Source: Octopus vulgaris (Eukaryota). From it: a DNA stretch of 64,000 nucleotides. The notes under the pieces are model-generated. The model made no database searches. It saw nothing but the letters and a program-made list of their open reading frames with translations, and was not told the DNA's origin. Below are positions 24,264 through 36,440 of this stretch, piece after piece (position 1 is the stretch's first letter; each line of letters starts with the position of its first letter). The stretch spans positions 16,244,001 through 16,308,000 of the forward strand of contig OX597840.1 of the NCBI GenBank assembly GCA_951406725.2. Reading direction: 5' to 3'. The position numbers and the translations under genes were made by a program.

Positions 24264-24344
24264 GGCTCTGATGAAACCAAGAGATGCTATTCAGGCACTC
24301 AATTATGAGTTCACTACACCTTATAGCAGAAACACCTGTAAGCT
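24264..24344 (+). ncRNA. Hammerhead ribozyme-like motif with extended stem II
   Basis: ggct CUGAUGA ...tgctat...atagca GAAACA cc UGUA agct. Confidence 0.55.
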
Positions 24345-24425
24345 AGAGAAGTTCATAAGATAATTGATTCCTTTATCATTTCTCTTTCTAATTACCGTGT
24401 GTATATATATATATATATATATATA

Positions 24426-24682
24426 GCGTTGCTATTATGCGAAAATATCATAAGTCCAAAATGTTGCTTTTTTTCCCAGAAAGCGTATAAGTAGTTTTTC
24501 ACCTTTCTATAGCAAAACCGTTGTACTACACTTTGACAATTTTTTTTATATTTCGGCATATGAAGCAGCTGGAGATATTATAGTTTGACCACAAGAACTG
24601 GCTATGGTAGGCAAAAATAAATAGTGAAAAAAATACATTTGGACAAATTTGGACATACGACAGTTTAACATAATAGCAACGA
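24426..24682. mobile_element. TA-flanked MITE (Tc1/mariner-type)
   Basis: TIR CGTTGCTATTATG / CATAATAGCAACG, inserted in a TA tract. Confidence 0.7.
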
Positions 24683-25493
24683 TATATATACATAAATATA
24701 TATACTTGGAAATGGAGCTCTAATAATCCGTTACAGCATTTACCTAACGTACCTAATCATTTAGATCACCTGTGAACTAAAACCCCATACTTTATATATA
24801 TATATAAATATCACCGTGACCGACCGGACTATCAGATGTTGCTACACATCGCTGGTCACAATGCACTTCGCATTGTTTTAGCCTTCAAACGACGCCACTC
24901 CGCTGGCTAAGCGAGCAGGCCAATATATATATACATATATAATGTACAATATATGTATTCATATAATCCAGTGCTAATCACAATAAAAGCTCCATTAGTG
25001 GATCAGGCTATAAACCACATAGCAAACAAATACATAGAAGAGTTAAGTATCAGCCTTATGCAGTTGAAATCCAATCGGTGAAAATTATTTCTTGGGGAGA
25101 ACATAGAATGGAAGTCGCTTTACCTATTAATAATAATAATAAAGAAATGGTTAAAACGACGTATGGCCATCCCTGTATATATAGAGGTATGTATTGTATA
25201 TGTAATAATTAAATTATATATTATGCCCTTTATTGTGTTTTGTTAGGCGCATGATCCCTAAAATGGTTGGGGTCTCCAGCTCTAATTCTTTCTCACTGAC
25301 AACAAAACGGCGTGTCCCTTGATGTTGAAACATTTCTCTGATCAACAAAAACCATGTCTTCTCCCTCTCTCTCTATACAACGAAACGGAAATATAAGAAG
25401 CAACTTACATGATTCCAGATACCAATGTTGACCTGTCATGGATAAATTCTTGAGACAAAACAACCAAAGACAACAAAATTTTTGTTTTCTTAC

Positions 25494-25561
25494 CGGAACA
25501 AATTTACTCAAGTTTATGTCGTTTTAGACTTTTTACACCGGAGAAGGTACAAACCGGAAGT
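25494..25561 (-). promoter_or_regulatory. Probable PAF1 promoter and untranslated first exon
   Basis: Minus-strand donor CCG|gtaaga at 25494/25493. Consensus ETS site ACCGGAAGT at 25553-25561. The PAF1 coding exon has an upstream acceptor, so an upstream exon is needed. Confidence 0.5.
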
Positions 25562-25593
25562 ACACTATTAACTCCCTTTATTTTTCGATTTTC

Positions 25594-25780
25594 TTTCTTA
25601 TACCCTCTCTCTATTTCTATCTCTCCCTATCTATCTTATTCCCTTTCTTTTTACCGGCTCCACTCCCTCTTTCTTTCTCCACCTTTCTTATACCCTCTCT
25701 CTATTTCTATCTCTCCCTATCTATCTTATTCCCTTTCTTTTTACCGGCTCCACTCCCTCTTTCTTTCTCCACCTTTCTTA
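25594..25780. repeat. 90-bp pyrimidine-rich tandem duplication
   Basis: tttcttataccctctctctatttc...ctccacc occurs at 25594 and 25684. Confidence 0.9.
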
Positions 25781-26557
25781 CTCCCCCTCTCTCTCTCTCA
25801 CTATATTCCTCTCTTTATCTTTCTCTCACACTCAATATTCCTATCTTCCAAATTCCATTTTCTTACCAGTTTTACACCCTTCTCTCTGTATCCCCCCTTT
25901 CCCCCTTGTTTTTTTTATCCCTCTCCCCCCTCTCTCTCTACTTTTCTTATTCTCACTCCCTGCTTTCTTTTCCCGCTTCATATTTTATCTATATCATTTT
26001 TTAAAAATCTTTCTCAGGATCTTTTCTCATTTCTTCCGAAATTATAAAAAAATTTGCGAGTATTTTCTATCGAAAGTCACTCAGAAAATTACAATTATTT
26101 TTCGAGAAATTAAGACTAAAAAAGTTTTTTTTTTTTCTTTATTAGAGGCAATAGTTGTAAGCAGTTCCTATTTTTTCCACTTGTTTTTCCTTCAGGATAT
26201 AACAGTCTAAGAGTACAATGTGTTGTATTGATAGAAAGTTGGCTGTTATTTCTAGCAGGTCGAACAACCGCGTGGAGACTCCCGCAGAGAAAAAGAATTA
26301 TTTTAGCTGTCAGTAAGCCGTGATTGAGTTGACCAGTTTGTTTCCAGAAATGACAATCCCATCGTATCCAGGATTATATTCATTAATTCTTTTAAAGATA
26401 GAATTTGCGTAAAATTTGATTACTATTTCAAGCTTTTGAATTGACCAGCAGTGAATTAGCAAGATGTTTAGCAACTTTTACTTACTAAATTAATTACTTA
26501 ATTTAGTTAATTCATTTGTAAACCATTTTCTTTCTCACGAATAAAACAGAGATGGGA

Positions 26558-27070
26558 ATCATCATCATCATCATCATCATCATTTAACGTCCGCTTTCCA
26601 TGCTAGCATGGGTTGGACGGTTCAACTGGGGTCTGGGGAGCCCGAAGGCTGCACCAGGCCAGTCTTATCTGGCAGTGTTTCTACAGCTGGATGCCCTTCC
26701 TAACGCCAACCACTCCGAGAGTGTAGTGGGTGATTTTATGTGCCACCGACACAGGTGCCAGACGAGGCTGGCGAACGGCCACGCTCGGATGGTGTTTTTA
26801 TGTGCCACTGACACAGGTGCCAGACGAGGCTGGCAGACGGCCACGCTCGGATGGTGTTTTTATGTGCCACCGACACAGGTGCCAGACGAGGCTGGCAGAC
26901 GGCCACGCTCAGATGGTGTTTTTATGTGCCACCGACACAGGTGCCAGACGAGGCTGGCAGACGGCTACGCTCGGACGGTGTTTGTTACGTGCCCACAGCA
27001 CGGAGGCCAGTCGATGCGGTACTGGCTACGGTCCCGTTCGGATGGTTTTCTTATGTGCCACCGGCACTGG
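26558..27070 (-). mobile_element. SINE-like element with (CAT)n tail and an internal 62-bp minisatellite
   Basis: Tail gcggacgttaaa(tga)n on the minus strand, related to 18745-18900, 18990-19180 and 21280-21592. tgtgccac repeats at 26739, 26801, 26863 and 26925. Confidence 0.8.
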
Positions 27071-28982
27071 TAATTTTCCACAAGGATACAAATTCCATTG
27101 ATGTTCATCTATTTTGATTTGGTTTGACTTGATTCGATTTGACTTTGATTTGATTTGCCTCAACAGGTCTTCACAAGTGTCACAAGCAGGAAGGAATACT
27201 TTTAATAAACTGCTTCAGAACTGACCTGAAACTAAAGAGCAAGATATTGAACTGATATGTTCCTAGGGAGATATTTTGTCCTGCATGTGCCATTAAACAA
27301 CATCTAGTGGTGAGGCTACAGTTTGGGAGTTCTGGAGTTGTGGGGAGCTCCTTAGCTGCACTGAAAGCAATCATTCTTGGGCAAGGATTCTCAACCATTT
27401 ATTATTTATGGACCCCTTTGATTACCATGTAGTGGCACAAGCAGCCAGCGCCATATTGGATGAGATCTCGTCGGCAGCCATTGCCATCTCCAAGACTAGA
27501 GCGAGACCTCATCTGCATCCATTTGCCATGTGCGAGATCACAACGAGGCTCACGATGGAAAACTATATAAAGGGAAAACCCAATTCAAATCTCTCTTTTT
27601 GGCGCCGCTACACAACAGCGCTGGCAGGACCTGTCTATATGTTGTATCTCCAGAGGCAATGCGCCCACACTTACGGAACTACTACACAACACACACAGCT
27701 AAAGATGGTTGCTGAGAGCAGCACACTACACCTATCCTGTGAATCCTGTAAATAACATTTGTACTTGAAGTTTTCTCTCTTCGCCTACCGGAGCCTGAAA
27801 TACATGAAGAACAAAAAAGATGATGGAAGAAGACGATTTTCTTCCGATATCATAAACCTTGCCCTCTATTACAACCATTTTACTCTGGTGGATTCCCATA
27901 GCCATTCGCTGTTTAAAACTAGTTTTATATAAACTTCTTTCAAAATTCCTATTTTGCTTTTCACACATTAACTTGTGTAGGTTAAACTAAGTAAAATGTT
28001 AGAGAAAGGAACCTAGCTCTTCCCTGCAATACATAACCAATACATACATCTAAAGCAAAATATTTTCACGGACCCTTAAAATACTATTGTGGGTCCACAG
28101 TTTACTGTTTTGCTTGTGTGGACCCCTTTTATTACTATTCTATTCAGGTTGATCCCTATAGTCATTCAATGCTTAAAAACTAGTTTTAAATAAACTTCTT
28201 TCAAAATTCCTATTTTATTTTTCATGCATTAACTTGTGTAGGTTGAATTATGTATAATGTTAGAGAGAGAAACCTTGCTGTTTCTTGCACTACATAACCA
28301 ATAGTGGCTGTGTGGTATGTAGCTTGCTTACCAACCACATGGTTCTGGGTTCAGTCCCACTGTGTGGCATCTTGGGCAAGTGTCTTCTATAGCCTTGGGC
28401 TGACCAAAGCCTTGTGAGTGGATTTGGTAGACGGAAACTGAAAGAAGCCCGTCGTATATATGTGTGTATCTATGTTTATCTCTCCAACATCATTTGACAA
28501 CCGATGGTGGTGTGTTTACGTACCAGTAACTTAGCGGTTCGGCAAAAGAGACCGGTAGAATAAGTACTAGGCTTACAAAGAATAAGTCCCGGGGTCGATT
28601 TGCTTGACTGAAGGCGGTGCTCCAGCATGGCCACAGTCAAATGACTGAAACAAGTAAAAGAGTATATGTGTGTGTGTGTGTAGCAGACTGGATGTGATGT
28701 GTCATATCAATTCGATATGATGTTAAAGCTGATGCAAAAGCGGGTGTCGCTCCTTGGTCTGGCTGACACAAAAGGGGAAGAGATAGAAAATTCTCCCTGT
28801 TATATAGTAATGTAGGTCAAACATTAAAGAAAGGACAAACCTTTCCTTAACCAGCACAGGTCCTAGGGATTTGAGTGTTTCCTCATCAATCATCTTGGTG
28901 TGGGGAGGATTTCCCCGCTTGTTTTGAGAAGCAACAAGCTGGTGGATTTGGTTTCAAATCTCAGGCAGGGTCAAGCTAGATG

Positions 28983-29021
<39 letters not shown>

Positions 29022-29316
29022 TTTGTGGTGTTAGTAGTGTTATGGGCTGTGATGGAGCTATGTGGTGTTGGTGGAGGGGATTGCAGATGAGGTGGATGGA
29101 AGTGAGCACTGCAGAGGCCTGTGGCACAGGCACAGGGCATGCATGGGCAGGAAGCATGTGTGGTCAGTTCGAGCAGAGATGGCAGTGTGAAAGGATGTGT
29201 TTATTTTCTTGAGAGTGACCGCTCATTCCACCGAGGTCAACAGGTCAGGCCTTTTCTATTTCTTTCTCCCGTTTGCTTCTTTTTTCTGTTGTCCTTTTCC
29301 TCCATCACACTACATA

Positions 29317-30206
29317 TCTATATATATAAAACTGAGTGTCTGTCTCCTACGATTTAGATTCCTAACTACTCCCACATTTTGCGGTGCAGTTTAACCAAAT
29401 TCGGGTATCTTATAGTCGTGATTCATGTCGAGCCCGTCTGGGTATTAGCGTGTGTCTACGATGAGTCTACGATTTAAAAAATAATTTAACATAATTTTTT
29501 TCCATTTTAACGCATATTTTTTCGTGTGTCGATGGCGGCGGAGTTGGCGTCCATGCTCACACCTGCACCCGTGTTGCTTCTCCCCCTTCTTCCCTCCCTC
29601 ATGAAGCTGTGGAGAAGGGAGTGTAAGGAAATCAACGTCGTAAACGGTTGTCAATGAGACCAACGTTCTTTTAGAACAACGACTTCATGGCTTGAAGTCG
29701 CCAAAACAGAAATCGCTAAAAAAGCTGAAAAAGATCCACAAAAACGGCAATTACCGCCACACAGGGCAGGTTTCCTGTGCAAACAATTTGCACAACCGAA
29801 TGTTTTAGTTGTTGCCCAAATCTTTATATATAAAAGTGAAGTTGTGTGTCTGTCTCCTACGATTTAGATTCCTAACTACTCCCACATTTTGCGGTGCAGT
29901 TTAACCAAAACCGGGTATCTTATAGTCATGATTCATATCGAGCCCTTCGGGGTATTAGCGCGTGTCTACGATGAGTCTACGATTTAAAAAATAATTTAAC
30001 ATCATTTTTTTCCATTTGAATGCGTTTTTTTTGCTATTATATAAGGGAAGTAACTTTCTAAAAATGTCTACGATGAGTCAACGATTAAAAAAAAATTTAC
30101 TATAATTTTTTTTCCATTTTTTTGCTATTTTTTGGCTATAACTCTCTAAAAATGCTTTATAGTTATTTCCCTTACAAACCCGAGCAACGCCGGACGATAC
30201 TGCTAG
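29317..30206 (+). mobile_element. Composite non-autonomous Helitron (two 5' ends, one 3' end)
   Basis: 5' TCTATATATATAAAA at 29317 and TCTTTATATATAAAA at 29821. 3' hairpin then CTAG at 30203-30206. Same family as 11766-12162. Confidence 0.85.
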
Positions 30207-30225
30207 TATATATATATATATATAT

Positions 30226-30462
30226 ACCGGAGTAAACACATAAATGTGAAACAAGGTGGAAAAAAGAGTACTCAAATACCAGTGGTAGAGTAATATGCTT
30301 TATTTAAAGCAGCAGAAAATTCAACAAAACCTGTTACTCTGAGTTTCCCGTTGCCGTTCATCAGACAGTTTTTGCTAGATTCTAGCAAAAACTGTCCGAT
30401 GAACAGCAACGGGAAACTCAGAGTAACAGGTTTTGTTGAATTTTCTGCTGCTTTAAATAAAG
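30226..30462. mobile_element. Palindromic pseudo-LTR-like element with hammerhead motif
   Basis: Arms 30298-30378 and 30382-30462, with a one-sided extension at 30226-30297 (inverted copy at about 31642-31712). Hammerhead motif at 30331-30368 (-). Confidence 0.75.
30331..30368 (-). ncRNA. Minimal type-I hammerhead ribozyme-like motif
   Basis: ctgt CUGAUGA a CG-GCAA-CG g GAAACUC a GAGUA acag, with a GUA cleavage triplet. Confidence 0.7.
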
Positions 30463-31734
30463 TATATATATATATATATATATATATAGAATAACAAAGG
30501 TAGCTATATGCAAAAAAGAAGAATTCAAAACCAAAAAGGAAAATTTCAACTGTCACTAGTTGGGACTGAAAGTACAGGGGAGCACCTACTTTGCTAGAAA
30601 TAAGAGCTAAGCCATCTGGCAATGGAATAGTCACTACTGATGAGTTTGTAATTTTCAAATGAAACTATAATGATCTCTTGCTGTGGGATGGTTATCTCCC
30701 CTGTCAGTTTTTGAAAATGTGCCTTCTGTGTGTGTGTCTTTGTGTCCCCACCACCACCACCACTTGGCAACCGATATTGGTGTGCTTACATCCCTGTGAC
30801 CTAAGAGTCTGGCAATACAGACTGATAGAATAAGCAAAAGGTTTTTGAAAACAAAAATAAATCCGGGGGTTGATTTATTCAGTTAAAAATTCTTGAAGGT
30901 GGTGCTTCCATAAAGACACAGTCTAATGAGTGAAACAAGTAAAAGATGAAAAATATATTGATTGATTGATACAAGTATTGAGACTTGCATAAAAGACTTG
31001 AAGTTCCTGATAAAAAAACAACTTCAATGAACGTTGCACGTTCAGCTGTGCGAGCAATAAAGTCATGCGCACCAGACTTGCACTGCTGATGGCATGCAAC
31101 AATTATTGAATTATTTACACAGAAAAGTTTTGCATGTAAGTCTCCATATTCTTTTCTTTTACTTATTTCAGTCATTTCACCGCAGCCAGGCTGGAGCACC
31201 ACCTTTTTTAGTCAAGCAAATCGTCCCCAGGACTTATTCTTTGTAAGCTTAGTACTTATTCTATTGGACTCTTTTTGCTGAACTGCTAAGTTATGGGGAC
31301 GTAAACACACCAGCATTGGATGTCAAGCAATGTTGTGGAGGACAAACACAAACACACATATATATACATATATACGACGGGCTTCCATTAGTTTCCGTTT
31401 ACCAAATCCACTCACAAGGCTTTGGTCGGTTCGAGGCTATAGTAGAAGACACTTGCCCAAGGTGCCACACAATGGGACTGAACCTGGAACCATGTGGTTG
31501 GTAAGCAAGCTACTTACCACACAGCCACTCCATATCTGTATCAGTCAATCAATACAGACCTCTATTTCCAATGATATTGAGGTCTACCTTGTTCATTGTT
31601 ACAGGTATTTATGATTTATGTTAGGATGTATGGATGACTGTATACTCTACCACTGGTATTTGAGTACTCTTTTTCTCCACATTGTTTCACATTTATGTAT
31701 TTACTCCGGTATATATATTTTATGTGTATATTTA

Positions 31735-32998
31735 CAGGGATTGGACAAAATAATAGAAACACCTTAAAATGTCAAACAAATTTATTTTAATATGAGGTAG
31801 GACTGCCTATTGCAATAATTACAGCTTGAATTGTATGAGGTATGGACTCGTACAAAGTTTGAATTGTTTCCAAAGGAATTTTTGTCCATTCTTCAGCTAA
31901 AACAGTCTCTAGTTCATGTTGTGATGATGGTAGAGGATATCGACTCCTTACTTTTTTTTCTAAAATGCACCATAAATGTTCAATAATATTGAGATCTGGG
32001 GACTGTGGTGGCCAGATAAGATGTTCAACTTCACTAGAATGTTCCTCGTGCCATTCAGTAACAACTTTAGTTGTGTGAATTGGTGCGTTATCATCCTGAA
32101 CGATTGGGTTTCCCTCCAGAAACAGTTCCGCAACCATAGGTTAATTTGGATCAGATAAAATGCTTAAATAGTCTTGACTATTAATTCTGCCATGAAGAGA
32201 AGCCATTAGGCCAGTGGATTTCCAAGATATAGCACCCGCCCAGATCACCACAGATCCTCCTCCATGAATAACAGTTGGAAGAAGTCAGTCTGAGTCAAAT
32301 GCTTCTTTTGGTTGTCTCCACACGTATACTCAGCCAGTGGTTGGAAATAAGGTACAGGTTGACACGTCTGTGAAAATAACATTCTTCTACTGCTCTGGAG
32401 ACCAATTCTGTAGGTTTTTATTCCACTCTAAATGCTTGCAACATTTGTTTTTGAAGGTAGTGGTTTTCTGATTGTAGCCCTCCCATGAAAACCAATTTTG
32501 TGCAGCTCCTGGCGAACAGTTTTTGTGGAAACTGGGTTCTGAAGGTGGTCATTAAGCTCTGCAGTAATTTTGGAACTGTACTTTTGTGATCCTTTCTAAC
32601 AATTCTTGTAAGAGTCCGATAGTCCTTATCTGAAAGTTTTGGATTTTCTCAGAAGTTTTGTTTCGATGAGGAGGTTTTTCCCTCTTTCTCAAAGTCTGTC
32701 ATTACTTTCAAGACAGTACTTCTTGATACACCAAACATTTTGGCCGTTTTCGTTATGCTAGTGCCTGCCAAATGAGCACCAACAATTTGACCTCTTTGAA
32801 AGTTCAATAGATCCGTCATTTTAATGAATTATAATTACCTTTTTCTGATGATATCTGAAAAGAAACAGCAATTTTAGCAAAACATATTAAGCAACACTAA
32901 TAATAAATCAAAAAACAAAAATAAACAAGCTTTTGATGGTTTTATAGATATTTCAAAATTATGATACTTGGTGTTTCCATTATTTTGTCCATTCCATG
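31735..32998 (-). mobile_element. Full-length but decayed Tc1 (DD34E) transposon
   Basis: TA TSDs. TIRs CAGGGATTGGACAAAATAATAGAAACACC and (reverse complement) CATGGAATGGACAAAATAATGGAAACACC. Transposase 32819-31787: MTDLLNFQRGQIVGA...HGGGSV...QDDNAPIH...WPPQSPDLNIIEHLW, with stops and frameshifts. Confidence 0.93.
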
Positions 32999-33429
32999 TA
33001 TATATGTAAGTATGCATGCAGGCATGTATGTGACGGAACACATTCTAAAGAGGCTATTGTTGGTCTGCACCAGCAAGAATTATATAATGCAGTATAACTG
33101 ATAAAAAGAGTACAATGAACTTGTCATGAGGAGTGAGAAATTCCAACTTCTCAGATAGCATCCTTCTGCAGAGGTTAATTAATGAGAAACAGCAGAATTT
33201 TACATCCCCTAAGTTACCAAAAAAAAAAAAAGTTGCAGTCCTAGAATTTCCCTCCTTCCATATTTTCTTTAAAGATGGACACTATCTGAAACACTGGATT
33301 TCCACCCCTCACAGCAACTTCACTGTACTCTTTCCATCATTTTTACCAATGCACGCACATACACAGGCTGTTCAGGCTAAATTTGACAATTGCCAAAAAA
33401 GGAAAAGAAAACACAACATCCCATCAAAA

Positions 33430-34030
33430 AATGAAAGTATCTTTAAAAAATCAAAAAACATCAACTCAGCCTCCACCATGGTTTCAAGACAGCTCCAGAA
33501 CGTGTTCCTTACTGTATCCCTGATCTTGACAACGAACTCAACCTTTTGGTGTTTCAAGCAAAATCACCAGTCTTTTCCGACTGTGTCCCACACAGAAACC
33601 TATGGGATTACAATAGGAGGAATTAGGAGGTTAGAATTTGGTGCTGGTGAAGTTGTAGAAACTCTTTGACAATCACTTCTGACACTTTCTGGATGTATGG
33701 CAAGTAGCTGAATCTTGCTGCCATGCATATGGCCTTCCAGCCAAAGTTTGACCAGGAGCATCACATAGCCGTCTGAATGAAGCCTAAGGCCCTGACCTGC
33801 AATTGTCGGAGAAATTCCAGACTGCAGACACAGTCAAAATGACTACTGTGTCTCTTCCAGCTGGCCACAGCTTCGTAGTCTCTGCCGTAGCTGTCCATGT
33901 CATGTCATACAGCCCCTTTTAGGGTTCATTGAGTATTGAGTCATGATGGTGGCATTTTGATAGAGGGCGCAAATTATCATGATACAGGTAACTCTTTTCC
34001 AATATTCAGATGGCTTCCAGTCTTCCATGT
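33430..34030 (-). pseudogene. Decayed Tc1/mariner (maT-like) transposase remnant
   Basis: Fragments MEDWKPSEYWKR, QGLRLHSDGY and PYAWQQDSATCHTSRKCQK*LSKSFYNF...PPNSSYCNPIGFCVW. Confidence 0.7.
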
Positions 34031-35489
34031 CAGCTAACTTTTGCTCAACTACAACTTTAATCATTATGCTCTCCAACGCTGTTGACTGTTCACCAACACA
34101 TCTAGCCGTTACTGAAAAAAAGGAGCCATGGAAAATTGTCAAATTTAGCCCGAACACCCCGTATATAAGTGCGTGCGCGTGTTTGAGCGCCCTCCTACGC
34201 CGCTTAACTACCGGTGTCATTTTATTTATGTTTGTCAACAAGAACTGATAGAACTAATCACAGGCTTAAAAAAAGAAGGACTGGCCTCGATTCGTTCGAC
34301 TAAAAACCTTGTAAGGTGATGTCCCAGCATGATCGCAGTCCATTAACTGAAAAAAATAATTATAAAAGATAAAAAGATGCCTAAACGTGGATGGGAATTA
34401 TAATTTCAAGTGTGGAAGTATAAATAATGAAAGAGGATATTTTTTTCGTCTGACACCGTAACCTTCCCGTCAATACGGAACTGTTTACACATCTCGGTTG
34501 TTCTTTCTCAGGTATTTCATTTCTTTCTTCCAAAATATCGGGAATTTTTTTGTCAAAATTTACCAAAATATCTCTGGTATTTTAATGTGATCGAAGTGGA
34601 GGGGGTCTTCATTGATGTCCCATTTGGATTTATGCGTGCAATAGTGTCGGAAAAAGTGATAATGCTGGTAAAATCCAAAGCGTTTCCATGTTTTAAGCTT
34701 TATTCAGAGACGTTTAGTGGTAGCCTGAAGTCTCCTTTCGTTACAGACGTTTTACTAACTCTTTACAGACTAAAAAGAAATCCTTTGTTATTTCTGAAGA
34801 GGTTTAAAACATGACCGTAACTATTAAATGTTTTAAAAAATGTTCTCAATAATTACACCAGACCCAGTTTTTAAACTTGTAGAAAACTTCGGAAATTCGT
34901 TCAAATGGCTCATGGCATTATCAGAGCTGCCTTAGCAGTATTGTTGACCCTCGGGCAAATGAATGCGCTGGGCCATATAAGTATTTATTTATTTACTGTA
35001 AGCCACATCGTGTATAGCTCAGAACTGCCCCCCTAGACCAGTGCTTCGCAACCGTTATGTCGCAGCACACTGGTGGATCACGAGGCGATGCTAGGTGTGC
35101 CGCAGTGTCACCTGAATATGGGGCTAATAAACTTTTTAAGAAAAATGCATTTTTCAAGGTGAGGTGCAAATCTGCAAGTCAAACTAAAGAGTTTGACCCG
35201 AGCAAAACAAAACAAAACAAAAAAAAGGTATACAACACGTAGTAAACGAATATGATCGTATAATACACACGATCCAGTCATAATGACACCCGGTCATAAA
35301 AATGAAAAAATAGTGTAAAAGGTGTAAAACAACATGTAGTAAACGAATGTGAAAATAAAAATGCGCTGGCAAACAGGTCGGGGGAGGACCAAGACAATTC
35401 ACACGATCCAATTTTTTCCCTAAAGAAAATGGATATTCTTCCCAGCCACACAGTTCCGGGTTCAGTCCCACTGCACGGTACGGAAGGTG

Positions 35490-36397
35490 AATGCAGAGGA
35501 AGTAGCGATGTGGAGATGGTCGTATGAGGAACAAGATCGAGGTTGCATGCAATAGTGATTGACCGCATAGTAGACGGAATCGATGTAGTGATGGGGATGG
35601 ACGCCATTGTCCATTTGGGAGGTATCACGGTCAATGAAGCCGGTGTAGCGTTTGGTGGTGCGGGTATGCTATGCGCTGTGAGTACATGACAGGAGAGTGA
35701 TGAGAGCTGCAAAGAAAAATGTGCTACACACACCATCACAGACAAAGATTTTCGAGCTGTGTTCAATGGCTGGCAGTAGACAATGGAAAAACGCGGTTGG
35801 TAGCTATCAGCATACCCTGAAAGGGAATGCCAGAAGCAAGTTCGAGGGAGAGGTAGATCACTGGATCAAGGAAGGTATTCTGATTTCTTGGAAGGAGAGA
35901 GTGGAGTGCTACCACAGATGGCAGTGGCGCTGCCAACAAAGCATAAAATCAGGCCAGTATTGAATTTCTGAGAGCTGAACAGCCACGTATTGTGCCATAT
36001 GGGCTGCAAAGCTATGGACATTTGCAGTGAAACCTTGAGAGAGTGGAGGCAGATGACAGGGGTCTTTACAATCGTTGATTTGAAGTTGCCATACCTGCAG
36101 TTGCATGTGGCTGAGAGACTGTGGAGATATCAGCTGGTAAGGTATAAGTGATGGACATACTGCCTGACCAGGTTGGGATTCGGGCTAAATTCAGCACAGA
36201 AGATTATGGTGACGATTCTCAAAACCATCCTGGGAAAGACAGACAAAGTGAAAAGAGCCACCAATTCCTATATTGATGACATCCTAGTGGACGAGAGCAT
36301 AGTGTCGGCAAAGGAGATCAAAAGCCAGCTGAAGAGTTTTGGGCTAACTGCCAAACCGCTGAAGACGATGGAAAGAGGAGCTGCCCTGGGACTCAAT
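35490..36397 (+). pseudogene. Gypsy-like LTR retrotransposon protease/RT remnant
   Basis: DVVMGMDAI (protease flap end), RPVLNF*ELN, IVDLKLPYLQL and YCLTRLGFGLNSA...SYIDDILV. Confidence 0.8.
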
Positions 36398-36440
36398 GAC
36401 AGTTTATTCACCACACCCTGCATATATATATATATATATA

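Noticed and set aside
26731-27068. Regular repeats resembling a CRISPR array
   Set aside because: Contiguous 62-bp units with no unique spacers, no cas genes and a eukaryotic context.
34260-34960. Unique-looking stretch with short ORFs on both strands
   Set aside because: No recognisable domain, splice pattern or long frame, so it is left unassigned.
35020-35110. CTCF-like motif (ctgccccctagacca) and an adjacent hAT-like end (cagtgcttcgcaacc...gtgtgccgc)
   Set aside because: A single short motif is not significant by eye, and no matching second transposon end was found.
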